Shown here: positions 39,340 through 52,030 of the stretch, one piece after another | Layout of the letters: each line of letters begins with the position of its first letter | Numbering within the stretch: position 1 is the first letter of the stretch | Source of the DNA: Octopus sinensis | Lineage: Eukaryota | Reading direction: 5' to 3' | NCBI RefSeq assembly: GCF_006345805.1 | Contig: NC_042997.1 | Span: forward strand, 205,716,001-205,780,000 | Length of the DNA: 64,000 bases | The notes under the pieces: model-generated | Database searches by the model: none | Seen by the model: only the letters and a program-made list of their open reading frames with translations | Told to the model about the DNA's origin: nothing | Translations under genes and position numbers: made by a program

Positions 39340-40785
39340 TGGAGAAAGCCTTTGACGGGGTCCCCCAATCCCTTATCTGGTGGGTGATGCGGAAACTGGA
39401 GATTGACGAATGGTTAATAAGGGCTGTACAGGCCTTATACAGAGGGGCCGTTAGTAAGGTTAGTATAGTGAAGAATTCTGGGTAGAAGTAGGGGTCCACC
39501 AAGGTTCAGCCCTCAGTCCCCTTTTATTCATTATAGTCCTTCAAGCAATAACAGAGGATTTCATGATGGGATGCCCCTGGGAGCTCCTCTATGTTGATGA
39601 CCTCATATCAGAATCACTACTGGAACTAGAAAAGAAATTTCGTGTGTGGAAGCTAGGTTTAGAATCAAAAGGCCTTAGAGTCAATGTAGCAAAGACCAAA
39701 GTTATTGTAAGTAGGAAGGTGAACACATCACACACCCCTTCAGGTAGGTGGCCCTGCTCAATCTGTAGAAAAGGTGTAGGTAGAAACTCCATAAGATGTA
39801 CCCATTGTAAGCTATGGACACATAAGAGGTGCAGCAATATCAAAGGAAAATTAACCGAGAAGATAGCTTTCGTGTGCGGCAGATGCACAGGGGCAATAGA
39901 CACCATTGATATTCAGAAAACAGATTCCATTACACTCCTTGGAGAGGAACTAGAAGTAGTTGATAGTTTCTGCTACCTAGGTGACCAAGTTAGTAGCAGG
40001 GATGGATGCTCAGAGAGTGTTACCACTAGAATAAGAATTGCCTGGGCAAAGTTAAGGAAGCTTCTCCCCCTACTGGCGACAAAGGGTCTCTCGCTCAGAG
40101 TGAAAGGTAGATTGTACGATGCATGTTTGTGAACTGCCATGCTTCATGGCAGTGAATCATGGGCTGTGACTGCGGAGGACATGCATAGGCGCGAAAGAAA
40201 TGAAGCTAACATGATCCACTGGATGTGTAATGACAGTGTCCATGAATGACAAAGTGTAAGCGCCCTGAGAGAAATGCTGGACATAAGAAGCATCTGATGT
40301 GGCGTGCAAGAGAGACAATTGCACTGGTATGGTCATGTACTATGGATGGATGAGGAGAGATGTGTGAAGAAGTGCTACTCCCAAACAGCTGAAGGAATCC
40401 GGGGTAGAGGGAGATCCAGGAAGACATAGGATGAGGTGGTTAAGCATGACCTTTGAATGTTGAGCCTCACAGAGACAATGATGAAAAACTGAGGCCTCTG
40501 GTGGTATGCTGTAACTGGGAAGACCCGGAAAATGTTGCCGATGCCAGTGCTGCCTTGACTGGCTTCCATGCAAGTGGCACATAAAATACAGCAACTGATC
40601 AGTGGCACGTAAAATGCACCCACTACACTCATGGATTGGTTGGCGTGAGGAAGGGCATCCAGCTGTAGAAACACTGCCAGATCAGACTGGAGCCTGGTGC
40701 AGTCTCCATGGCTTCCTAGGCTCCAGTCAAACCATCCAACCCATGCCAGCATGGAAACGGACATTAAATGATGATGATGATGATT
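39340..40785 (+). mobile_element. RTE-clade LINE 3' half with C/H-rich finger after the RT core and (GAT)n tail
   Basis: GVHQGSALSPLLF, ELLYVDDL, GLRVNVAKTK, CSIC...CTHC...HKRC...CGRC, FCYLGD; ends TTAAATGATGATGAT. Confidence 0.88.
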
Positions 40786-41089
40786 TCCTCAGCCATCTAT
40801 TGTCGCCTTTAGACTGAATAAGAATGTAAGAATGTTATACCCTAGTGCCTATTCTGTTTGGATTGGGAAATCCTAGAGGATTTTTCAAGTTTCCAACTCT
40901 GCCAGTTTGTGTTCATACCACATTCTCTCTAGACTCCACTTTTCGCACAGTTCCTAATATAGCTCTTTCGGTACTGATCATGTTGTCACATCTTGTAGTG
41001 ATTATGAGTAAGTTTAGGGCATTCATTTATAATATGGGTAATGGTTTCATCCACTCTTTTACAGATGTAGCACAGCAGAGACACTTGCT

Positions 41090-41790
41090 CATTCCTAAAG
41101 ATTGACCCTGCAGTTCGTGGCCAAAGCTTGGTCTTGCATTGCCAGTATGGTGCTGCTCTCAGTCTCTTTCTTTAGTGTTCCTTTCTTCTGCCCATCCCAC
41201 CTACTTTTTCCAGTGTCTTCTGTTATGGTTTTCTCAAATTGATTGTGTAATCCCTTGTTGCATAATGTTTTTCTTTTTTTTCCCCTTTTTTTCTCTGCTT
41301 TCGATATTCTCTCGTTCCTAACTGTGTCTAGCAAGGTTTCCTTACTTTGGGTTACGTATCTCATTAAGCTCTGGAATTTGGTACGTATGCAGTCTTCCAC
41401 ACTTATCAGTCCTCTTTCTCCATTTTCCTCTCTTCATGTATGAGTGATCAGTGTCTGCAAGAGGATGATGGGCTCCATGCATCGTTAAGAGCTTTCTTGA
41501 CTTCCTGTCCATCTCCTTTAGGTTCTCTTTTGTCCACTTCAGGATTCCAGAGCCATACTGAACTACTGCAACTGTGTGCAAGTTTTTTGCTGAAATTTTG
41601 TTTCTGGCATTCAAATTTGAAGCCAATATTTTTGTTACTCACCACAGGTACTCTTTCTTTGTCTTTTCTCCATATTGTTGTATTTAATTCCATCTGTCTC
41701 AAGCATTCCTAGATATTTGTAACTGCATTGAGGTTCTAATACCTTCATCATTTCACAACTTGGCATTTCTGTCCTGGCAAGCTTTCCTCA
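41090..41790 (-). mobile_element. RLE-type LINE fragment
   Basis: NLNARNKISA.N..VAVVQY..GILKWT...DRKSRKLLTMHGAHHP and LAMQDQAL motifs. Confidence 0.75.
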
Positions 41791-43214
41791 TTTCATCACC
41801 ACCATCACACATTTTGAGAGTCCAAACATCATCATTATTGTTTAACATCCGTCTTCCATGCTGGCATGGTTTGGATGGTTTGACAGGTACTGGCCAGGCA
41901 TGTTAACTTTAAGGTCCTTTAACTCCAGGTTTTGCTTTCATGGAATTTCTTCTCAAATTCTGCTATAGGTTCTGCAATAAGAGCAAGGTCATCAACATAA
42001 AGTCATTCCCATGGGCATCCCATATTGAATTCCTCTTTTATGGTCTGGAGGACTATATTGAACTAGAATGAAAAATGAGAGCAAGGGATAACAATATTCT
42101 TAAGTATTTAATAAACCTGGAAAAATAAAAGACAAGAAGTAAGCCTAAAAAGAAGAGCTTAAAACATTGCAACTAAAATAGAATTTGAATGAGTTGCTAA
42201 TTAAATAAAATATTCAAATAAGCCAACCATTCAATACTGATTAGACATATTTCACCCAAGAAATAAGTCTAAAGTAAGGGAAAACAGCTTAAAATACTGC
42301 AGCTAAAATAAAATTTGATAAAAATAATCTGATGCTTTATCATAAATTCCCACATATCAAAGAAAAATTGTTTTAAGATTTTTGAAATAAAGATTTATTT
42401 TTGTTAGTTTATTATTAATACAATGCTATAAAGATGATATTCATTTTCTTTTGATTAACTCTATGACATCTGCATTTATTTGAGGAAAACTTAGGTTTAA
42501 GGAAAATAACCGACAAATAGTTAACTAACTGAAAATTAAAATTTTAAAAGTGAAGTAAAATAATTTTGCCAAAAACAAAGAAAACATTTGATTACTGATA
42601 CTCTTACATGCTTTCTTGATTTTCTAAAGTTTTATTTTGAACTGTTGTTAACATTTTCAGCCATCATGTTGTTTTTTGGCTGTATCTTCAAATTATGTAG
42701 TGTTCATTGTTTTTTGTATGCCTTTTGCTCAGGCTTTCTGCTTTTGTAACATTTGTTGTGTATATTTTCCTCATCCGAGCATGATCATTGCCAGGGCTGC
42801 TGACTGGTTCCCGTAAAAAGCACCATTCGAGCATGATCATTTCCAGCATCGCTTTACTGGCTCCTGTGCAGGTGGCACATAAAAAACACCATTTGAGCTT
42901 CGCCGTTGCCAATACTACCTGACTGGCTCCTCATGCCAGTGGCATGTAAAAGTACCCACTACACTCTCAGAGTGGTTGGCATTAGGAAGGGCATCCAGCT
43001 GTAGAAACTCTGCCAGATCAGATTGGAGTCTGGTGCAGCCTCTTGGCTTGCCAGTCCCCAGTCAAACTGTCCAACCCATGCCAGCATGGAAAGCAGACGT
43101 TAAACGATGATGATGATGATGATGAGGATGACCTTCACAGTTGATTTTCTCAGAGTCAGAAATAGAGGTCAATAATTATATTCTTATTCCATCAAAAAGC
43201 TATAATAGGCACCT

Positions 43215-43601
43215 TAGAGATATAAAAGATGGGCTACAGCAAATATTCTGCTCGATACCACAGATTTGTTTGTCTGTTGTTTGACCTTCACCAGTTGAGA
43301 ATGTCCCTTAGGGGCTGATGATATGTGCATTTCTGAATAATTCACCTCTGGAAACCTGCAAGGTCATGTGCTGTTTGTCTTGATATGAGATCACCATGTT
43401 GTGCACTTGTGGTTGTGATGCATGTGTCTGGTGTACCCTTATCAGACAGGTAGTCATGATTGCTATACTGGACTTCATATATTTTTCTCCAGTGTCATTT
43501 TGATGGCATGCACTGCTCTCTCACTCAATAATAATAATGATAATAATAATAAATAATAATAATGATAATAATAAAAAATAATGATAATAATGATAATAAT
43601 G

Positions 43602-43647
<46 letters not shown>

Positions 43648-44329
43648 TAATAATAATAATAAAAATAATAATAATAAAATAATAATAATAATAATAATAA
43701 TAGATAATAATAATAACAACAACAACAATAATATAATAATAATAATAATAATACCACTGCCTGGTACTGCTGATGCAGTGCCTCCCATGGCTTCTGATCT
43801 TAACTGATTGGAAGTGTTATCATGTACATTGTTTTGTCTTGGTATAAAAGATGGACTACAGCAAATATTCTGCTCAATACCACGGATTTGCTTGTCAGTA
43901 TTTTGACCTTAACCAGTTGACCATGTCCCTTAGTGGCTGATGATATGTGCATCTCTGATCACAAGCAGAATTAGTAGGGGAGTATCATAGCCATGTGTTG
44001 AGAGGGATTCTTTGGGGTTTGAATAATTCACCTCTGGAAACATGGGTGTTTCATTCAGCATCCTTAAATGACCCTTATTCAGGGACCTTTTGAGCAGGAT
44101 GGGTTACTCAACCAGAAGAAAATTGTAACTGGGCCCCACCTGCAAGGGTCATGCACTGTTGATCTTGATATGAGATCACCATGTCGCGCACATATGGTTG
44201 TGATGCATGTGCCTAGTGTACCCTTATCAGACGGGTAGTTATGATGGGTACACTGGGCTTCATATATTTTACCCCAGTGTCACTTAGATGGCATGCACTA
44301 CTCTCTCACTTAATAATAATGACAATAAC

Positions 44330-44370
<41 letters not shown>
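43215..44370 (+). mobile_element. Two adjacent copies of an (AAT)n-tailed dispersed repeat, the first internally deleted
   Basis: TATAAAAGATGG(G/A)CTACAGCAAATATTCTGCTC...CTCTCTCACT(C/T)AATAATAAT occurs at about 43220-43530 and 43845-44310, separated by about 225 bp of AAT repeat. Confidence 0.75.
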
Positions 44371-44371
<1 letters not shown>

Positions 44372-44595
44372 TATAATAAATTTTCAGACAAATACATAAT
44401 AAAAACACCAGGACTTACAAACACATATAACATACAGAAAATTGCACTACTAGGCACTGCACACATCCTACGCAGAACACTTTCCATACAATAACCATCA
44501 GAGCATCACAACAAATCACAGCACGTACCCAAGGCACACAGAGCTGCGCTCGGTAGTGAAGTGAAAGCACGCTATAAAAATAAAACTACTGAATA

Positions 44596-44627
<32 letters not shown>

Positions 44628-44720
44628 GATAATAACATCACATTAGCCGGTAAGAGTTGATAATTGCTATAATGAACCATTGTTGTAGTAGCAATGTTTT
44701 CATAATTATTTCAGTGATTA

Positions 44721-44930
44721 AGGTGGTGAAATGGCAGAATAGTTATCATGCCAGGCTGAATGCTTTGTGGCATTTCATTAAACTTTACACTTAGAGTTCA
44801 AATTCTACCAGCGTTGACTTTGTCTCTTATCCTTTGGGGTCGATAAAATAAGTACCAGTTGAGGACTGGGTTGATGTAATTGACTTAGCCACTCTCCTGA
44901 AATTGCTGGCCTTGTGTCAAAATTTGAAAC
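44721..44930 (+). mobile_element. tRNA-derived SINE, family A; its 3' end seeds the 115-bp array
   Basis: TGGCAGAATAGTTA A box, GAGTTCAAATTC B box, continuous into the first array unit. Confidence 0.8.
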
Positions 44931-47900
44931 CAAAATTCCAGTGATGTTTTGGTCAATAAAATAAGTACCAGTTGAGCACTGGGGTTGATGTAATTGACTT
45001 AGTCACTCTCCTGAAATTGCTGGCCTTGTGCAAAATTTGAAACCAAAATTCCAGTGATGTTTATGGTCAATAAAATAAGTACCAGTTGAGCACTGGGGTT
45101 GATGTAATTGACTTAGCCACTCTCCTGAAATTGCTGGTCTTGTGCCAAAATTTGAAACCAAAATTCTAGTGATGTTTATGGTCAATAAAATAAGTACCAG
45201 TTCAGCACTGGGGTTGATGTAATTGACTTAGCCACTCTCCTGAAATTGCTGGTCTTGTGCCAAAATTTGAAACCAAAATTCCAGTGATGTTTATGGTCAA
45301 TAAAATAAGTACCAGTTAAGCACTGGGGTTGATGTAATTGACTTAGTCACTCTCCTGGAATTGCTGGCCTTGTGCCAAAATTTGAAACCAACATTCCAGT
45401 GATGTTTATGGTCAATAAAATAAGTACCAGTTGAGCACTGGGGTTGATGTAATTGACTTAGTCACTCTCCTGGAATTGCTGGCCTTGTGCCAAAATTTGA
45501 AACCAACATTCCAGTGATGTTTATGGTCAATAAAATATACCAGTTGAGGACTGGGTTGATGTAATTGACTTAGCCACTCTCCTGAAATTGCTGGCCTTGT
45601 GCCAAAATTTGAAACCAAATTCCAGTGATGTTTATGGTCAATAAAATAAGTACCAGTTGAGCAGGGGTTGATGTAATTGACTTAGCCACTCTCCAAATTG
45701 CTGGCCTTGTGCCAAAATTTGAAACCAAAATTCAGTGATGTTTATGTCAATAAAATAAGTACCAGTTCAGCACTGGGGTTGATGTAATTGACTTAGTCAC
45801 TCTCCTGAATTGCTGGCCTTGTGCCAAAATTGAAACCAACATTCCAGTGATGTTATGGTCAATAAAATAAGTACCAGTTGTGCACTGGGGTTGATGTAAT
45901 TGACTTAGTCACTCTCCTGGAATTGCTGGCCTTGTGCCAAAATTTGAAACCAAAATTCCAGTGATGTTTATGGTCAATAAAATAAGTACCAGTTGTGCAC
46001 TGGGGTTGATGTAATTGACTTAGTCACTCTCCTGAAATTGCTGGTCTTGTGCCAAAATGTGAAACCAACATTCCAGTGATGTTTATGGTCAATAAAATAA
46101 GTACCAGTTAAGCACTGGGGTTGATGTAATTGACTTAGTCACTCTCCTGAAATTGCTGGTCTTGTGCCAAAATTTGAAACCAACATTCCAGTGATGTTTA
46201 TGGTCAATAAAATAAGTACCAGTTGAGCACTGGGGTTGATGTAATTGATTTAGTCACTCTCCTGAATTGCTGGCCTTGTGCCAAATTTGAAACCAAAATC
46301 CAGTGATGTTTATGGTCAATAAAAAAAGTACCAGTTGAGCACTGAGGTTGATGTAATTGACTTAGTCACTCTCTCTCTGAAATTGCTGGCCTTGTGCCAA
46401 AATTTGAAACCAAAATTCCAGTGATGTTATGGTCAATAAAATAAGTACCAGTTACACTGGGGTGTTATGTAATTGACTTAGTCACTCTCCTGAAATTGCT
46501 GGCCTTGTGCCAAATTTGAAACCAAAATTCCAGTGATGTTTATGGTCAATAAAATAAGTACCAGTTGAGCACTGGGTTGATGTAATTGACTTATCAATCT
46601 CCTGAATTGCTGGCCTTGTGCCAAAATTGAAACCAACATTCCAGTGATGTTTATGGTCAATAAAATAAGTACCAGTTGACACTGGGGATGATGTAATTGA
46701 CTTAGTCACTCTCCTGAAATTGCTGGCCTTGTGCCAAAATTTGAAATCAAAATTCCAGTAATGTTTATGTCAATAAAATAAGTACCAGTTGAGCACTGGG
46801 TTGATGTAATTGACTTAGTCACTCTCCTCCTGAAATTGCTGGCCTTGTGCCAAAATTTGAAACCAACATTCCAGTGATGTTATGGTCAATAAAATAAGTA
46901 CCAGTTGAGCACTGGGGTTGATGTAATTGACTTAGTCACTCTCCTGAAATTGCTGGCCTTGTGCCAAAATTTGAAACCAAAATTCCAGTGATGTTTATGG
47001 TCAATAAAATAAGTACCAGTTAAGCACTGGGGTTGATGTAATTGACTTAGTCACTCTCCTGAAATTGCTGGCCTTGTGCCAAAATTTGAAACCAAAATTC
47101 CAGTGATGTTTATGGTCAATAAAATAAGTACCAGTTAAGCACTGGGGTTGATGTAATTGACTTAGCCACTCTCCTGAAATTGCTGTCTTGTGCCAAAATT
47201 TGAAACCAAAATTCCAGTGATGTTTATGGTCAATAAATAAGTACCAGTTAAGCACTGGGGTTGATGTAATTGACTTAGTCACTCTCCTGGAATTGCTGGC
47301 CTTGTGCCAAAATTTGAAACCAACATTCCAGTGATGTTTATGGTCAATAAAATAAGTACCAGTTGAGCACTGGGGATGATGTAATTGACTTAGTCACTCT
47401 CCTGAAATTGCTGGCCTTGTGCCAAAATTTGAAACCAACATTCCTGTGATGTTTATGGTCAATAAAATAAGTACCATTTGAGCACTGGGGTTGATGTAAT
47501 TGACTTAGTCACTCTCCTGAAATTGCTGGCCTTGTGCCAAAATTTGAAACCAAAATTCCAGTGATGTTTATGGTCAATAAAATAAGTACCAGTTAAGCAC
47601 TGGGGTTGATGTAATTGACTTAGTCACTCTCCTGAATTGCTGGCCTTGTGCCAAAATTTGAACCAACATTCCAGTGATGTTATGGTCAATAAAATAAGTA
47701 CCAGTTAAGCACTGGGGTTGATGTAATTGACTTAGTCACTCTCCTGAAATTGCTGGCCTTGTGCCAAAATTTGAAACCAAAATTCCATTGACGTTTATGG
47801 TCACTAAAATAAGTACCAGTTGAGCACTGGGGTTGATGTAATTGACTTAGTCACTCTCCTGAAATTGCTGGCCTTGTGCCAAAATTTGAAACCAACATTC

Positions 47901-48744
47901 CAGTGATGTTTATGGTCAATAAAATAAGTACCAGTTAAACACTGGGGTTGATGTAATTGACTTAGTCACTCTCCTGAAATTGCTGGCCTTGTGCCAAAAT
48001 TTGAAACCAAATTCCAGTGATGTTTATGGTCAATAAAATAAGTACCAGTTGAGCACTGGGGTTGATGTAATTGACTTAGTCACTCTCCTGAAATTGCTGG
48101 CCTTGTGCCAAAATTTGAAACCAAAATTCCAGTGATGTTTATGGTCAATAAAATAAGTACCAGTTAAGCACTGGGGTTGATGTAATTGAGTTAGTCACTC
48201 TCCTGAAATTGCTGGCCTTGTGCCAAAATTTGAAACCAAAATTCCAGTGATGTTTATGGTCAATAAAATAAGTACCAGTTAAGCACTGGGGTTGATGTAA
48301 TTGACTTAGTCACTCTCCTGAAATTGCTGGCCTTGTGCCAAAATTTGAAACCAAAATTCCAGTGATGTTTATGGTCAATAAAATAAGTACCAGTTAAGCA
48401 CTGAGGTTGATGTAATTGACTTAGTCACTCTCCTGAAATTGCTGGCCTTGTGCCAAAATTTGAAACAAAAATTCCAGTGATGTTTATGGTCAATAAAATA
48501 AGTACCAGTTAAGCACTGGGGATGATGTAATTGACTTAGTCACTCTCCTGAAGTTGCTGGCCTTGTGCCAAAATTTGAAACCAAAATTCCAGTGATGTTT
48601 ATGGTCAATAAAATAAGTACCAGTTGAGCACTGGGGTTGATGTAATTGACTTAGTCACTCTCCTGAAATTGCTGGCCTTGTGCCAAAATTTGAAACCAAA
48701 ATTCCAGTGATGTTTATGGTCAATAAAATAAGTACCAGTTGAGC
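44836..48744. repeat. Tandem array of a 115-bp unit, about 34 copies, runs into the N gap
   Basis: Unit GGTCAATAAAATAAGTACCAGTTGAGCACTGGGGTTGATGTAATTGACTTAGTCACTCTCCTGAAATTGCTGGCCTTGTGCCAAAATTTGAAACCAAAATTCCAGTGATGTTTAT; starts at 45065, 45180, 45295 and so on. Confidence 0.97.
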
Positions 48745-48844
48745 NNNNNNNNNNNNNNNNNNNNNNNNNNNNNNNNNNNNNNNNNNNNNNNNNNNNNNNN
48801 NNNNNNNNNNNNNNNNNNNNNNNNNNNNNNNNNNNNNNNNNNNN
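48745..48844. other. Assembly gap (100 N) between two different tandem arrays
   Basis: Run of exactly 100 N with the 115-bp array on the left and the 88-bp array on the right. Confidence 0.99.
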
Positions 48845-50670
48845 GGATCACCACCTCCAATGCCCTCTCTGTTATGGCAAGACCCCTCTTTCTGTCTCTC
48901 TGTCACACTCTAACATTTCATCATCTACTACTGGATCACCTCCTCCAATGCCCTCTCTGTTATGGCAAGACCCCTCTTTCTGTCTCTCTGTCACACTCTA
49001 ACATTTCATCATGTACTACTGGATCACCACCTCCAATGCCCTCTCTGTTATGGCAAGACCCCTCTTTCTGTCTCTCTGTCACACTCTAACATTTCATCAT
49101 CTACTACTGGATCACCTCCACCAATGCCCTCTCTGTTATGGCAAGACCCCTCTTTCTGTCTCTCTGTCACACTCTAACATTTCATCATCTACTACTGGAT
49201 CACCACCTCCAATGCCCTCTCTGTTATGGCAAGACCCCTCTTTCTGTCTCTCTGTCACACTCTAACATTTCATCATCTACTACTGGATCACCACCTCCAA
49301 TGCCCTCTCTGTTATGGCAAGACCCCTCTTTCTGTCTCTCTGTCACACTCTAACATTTCACCATCTACTACTGGATCACCACCTCCAATGCCCTCTCTGT
49401 TATGGCAAGACCCCTCTTTCTGTCTCTCTGTCACACTCTAACATTTCATCATCTACTACTGGATCACTCCTCCAATGCCCTCTCTGTTATGGCAAGACCC
49501 CTCTTTCTGTCTCTCTGTCACACTCTAACATTTCATCATGTACTACTGGATCACCACCTCCAATGCCCTCTCTGTTATGGCAAGACCCCTCTTTCTGTCT
49601 CTCTGTCACACTCTAACATTTCATCATCTACTACTGGATCACCTCCACCAATGCCCTCTCTGTTATGGCAAGACCCCTCTTTCTGTCTCTCTGTCACACT
49701 CTAACATTTCATCATCTACTACTGGATCACCACCTCCAATGCCCTCTCTGTTATGGCAAGACCCCTCTTTCTGTCTCTCTGTCACACTCTAACATTTCAT
49801 CATCTACTACTGGATCACCACCTCCAATGCCCTCTCTGTTATCGCAAGACCCCTCTTTCTGTCTCTCTGTCACACTCTAACATTTCATCATCTACTACTG
49901 GATCACCACCTCCAATGCCCTCTCTGTTATGGCAAGACCCCTCTTTCTGTCTCTCTGTCACACTCTAACATTTCATCATCTACTACTGGATCACCACCTC
50001 CAATGCCCTCTCTGTTATGGCAAGACCCCTCTTCTGTCTCTCTGTCACACTCTAACATTTCATCATCTACTACTGGATCACCTCCTCCAATGCCCTCTCT
50101 GTTATGGCAAGACCCCTCTTTCTGTCTCTCTGTCACACTCTAACATTTCATCATGTACTACTGGATCACCTCCTCCAATGCCCTCTCTGTTATGGCAAGA
50201 ACCCTCTTTCTGTCTCTCTGTCACACTCTAACATTTCATCATCTACTACTGGATCACCACCTCCAATGCCCTCTCTGTTATGGCAAGACCCCTCTTTCTG
50301 TCTCTCTGTCACACTCTAACATTTCATCATCTACTACTGGATCACCTCCTCCAATGCCCTCTCTGTTATGGCAAGACCCCTCTTTCTGTCTCTCTGTCAC
50401 ACTCTAACATTTCATCATGTACTACTGGATCACCTCCTCCAATGCCCTCTCTGTTATGGCAAGAACCCTCTTTCTGTCTCTCTGTCACACTCTAACATTT
50501 CATCATCTACTACTGGATCACCTCCTCCAATGCCCTCTCTGTTATGGCAAGACCCCTCTTTCTGTCTCTCTGTCACACTCTAACATTTCATCATCTACTA
50601 CTGGATCACCTCCTCCAATGCCCTCTCTGTTATGGCAAGACCCCTCTTTCTGTCTCTCTGTCACACTCTA
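48845..50670. repeat. Second array of the same 88-bp unit, about 21 copies, truncated by the N gap
   Basis: Same unit, followed by the same unique flank as the first array. Confidence 0.97.
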
Positions 50671-51199
50671 ACCTTTTATCATCTGACACAAGCTCTCCTC
50701 ATCAAATGCCTTGCCCCTCTCATAATTCATTATCTTGGTGACCCTGCCAGCACTGGTGCCATGTAAAAAGCATCCACTGCACATTGTGAAATGGCTTGCA
50801 TTTGGAAGGGCATCTAGCTGCAAAAATAATGCCAAAACTAACTTTGTTGTGCTAGTTCCACGTAAAATGTACTGAGTCCACTCTGCTGAGTGGTTGGTGT
50901 TAGGAAGTGCATCCAGCTGTAAAATTCCTGCCAAAACAGACAGAGTAGCGAAGGGTAGTTATTTTCCACCTTGCCGGCTCCTGTCAACTGTCCAATCCAT
51001 GCATGCTTAGAAAACAGATGTTAAACGATGATGATGATGATGTTGGCAGTGGTACTGGCAGACCTGCTGCAGCTGCACCTGATAACACAGGAACTTGAGG
51101 TAAACATGAATTCTGATCACGAACAGCCGACGAGAGAGAAGAAACCCTACTCCGTATGGAATTACATGGTCAGTTCCACTGTGGAACCAACAAATTAAA

Positions 51200-51989
51200 A
51201 GACAAAGAAGCATCATAGAGGGTGACCTAATAAAAAATATTGAAAGCCTAATCATTTGGGCCTAGGACTCAGTGGAAAAGAATATATACCACACAAGAGC
51301 AACGGACCTCTGCAGAATGTCTAGGAAGAGGGTGTGAAAGTGTGACTCACTGTTAGTGCTTGAGAAAGTCATGCGCAGGAAGAGTACATGCGTAGACACG
51401 ACAAAGTAGCCCAAAACCTCCACTGGCTACTATGCCATAAGTATGGATATGAGGTTATGGTGCTTGGTACCAACATACACCAGAAAAGGTGATGAACGAA
51501 AAGGGGAAGGCAAAAATCCTCTGGGACTTTGATTTCCAGACAGACAAAGTGTTAGAGAACTGAAGGCCAGATATAGAAACCTTTAGGAGGGACAAACAAA
51601 AGTGCCAAATAATCGATTTGGCAGGGCCAGGAGATCAACACATCATCATGAAATAAAGAGAAAAAGGTTGATAAATATGGAAACCTGAGAATTGAGATTG
51701 CTAAGATGTGGCAGGTACAAGAGTCGAACATAAAGGTTATCCCTATTGTCATCGTAGCATTGGGTTCAATACCATCCAATCTGAAAAAACATCTGAAGTC
51801 CTTAGAGATACCCTGCAATCTAGATGTATTGCAAAAGTCAGCATTACTTGGAATTGTGTAAAGTATTGTCTGCCTGAGGTCCTTCTTGTGACTTGACAAA
51901 CACTGCAAACCCCCGGTAGACACAATATCTTCAATCAACAATCTCACGATATTGTATACTGTGCGACATCTATATCAATAATAGCAATC

Positions 51990-52000
<11 letters not shown>
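51200..52000 (+). mobile_element. RLE-type LINE 3' fragment with (AAT)n tail
   Basis: ILWDFDFQTDK, KYGNLRIEIAKMW, VIPIVIVALGSI, then AAT repeats. Confidence 0.75.

Positions 52001-52030
<30 letters not shown>

Noticed and set aside
22267-48744. CRISPR-like appearance of the regular arrays
   Set aside because: Units are head-to-tail with no unique spacers, there are no cas genes, and the context is eukaryotic.
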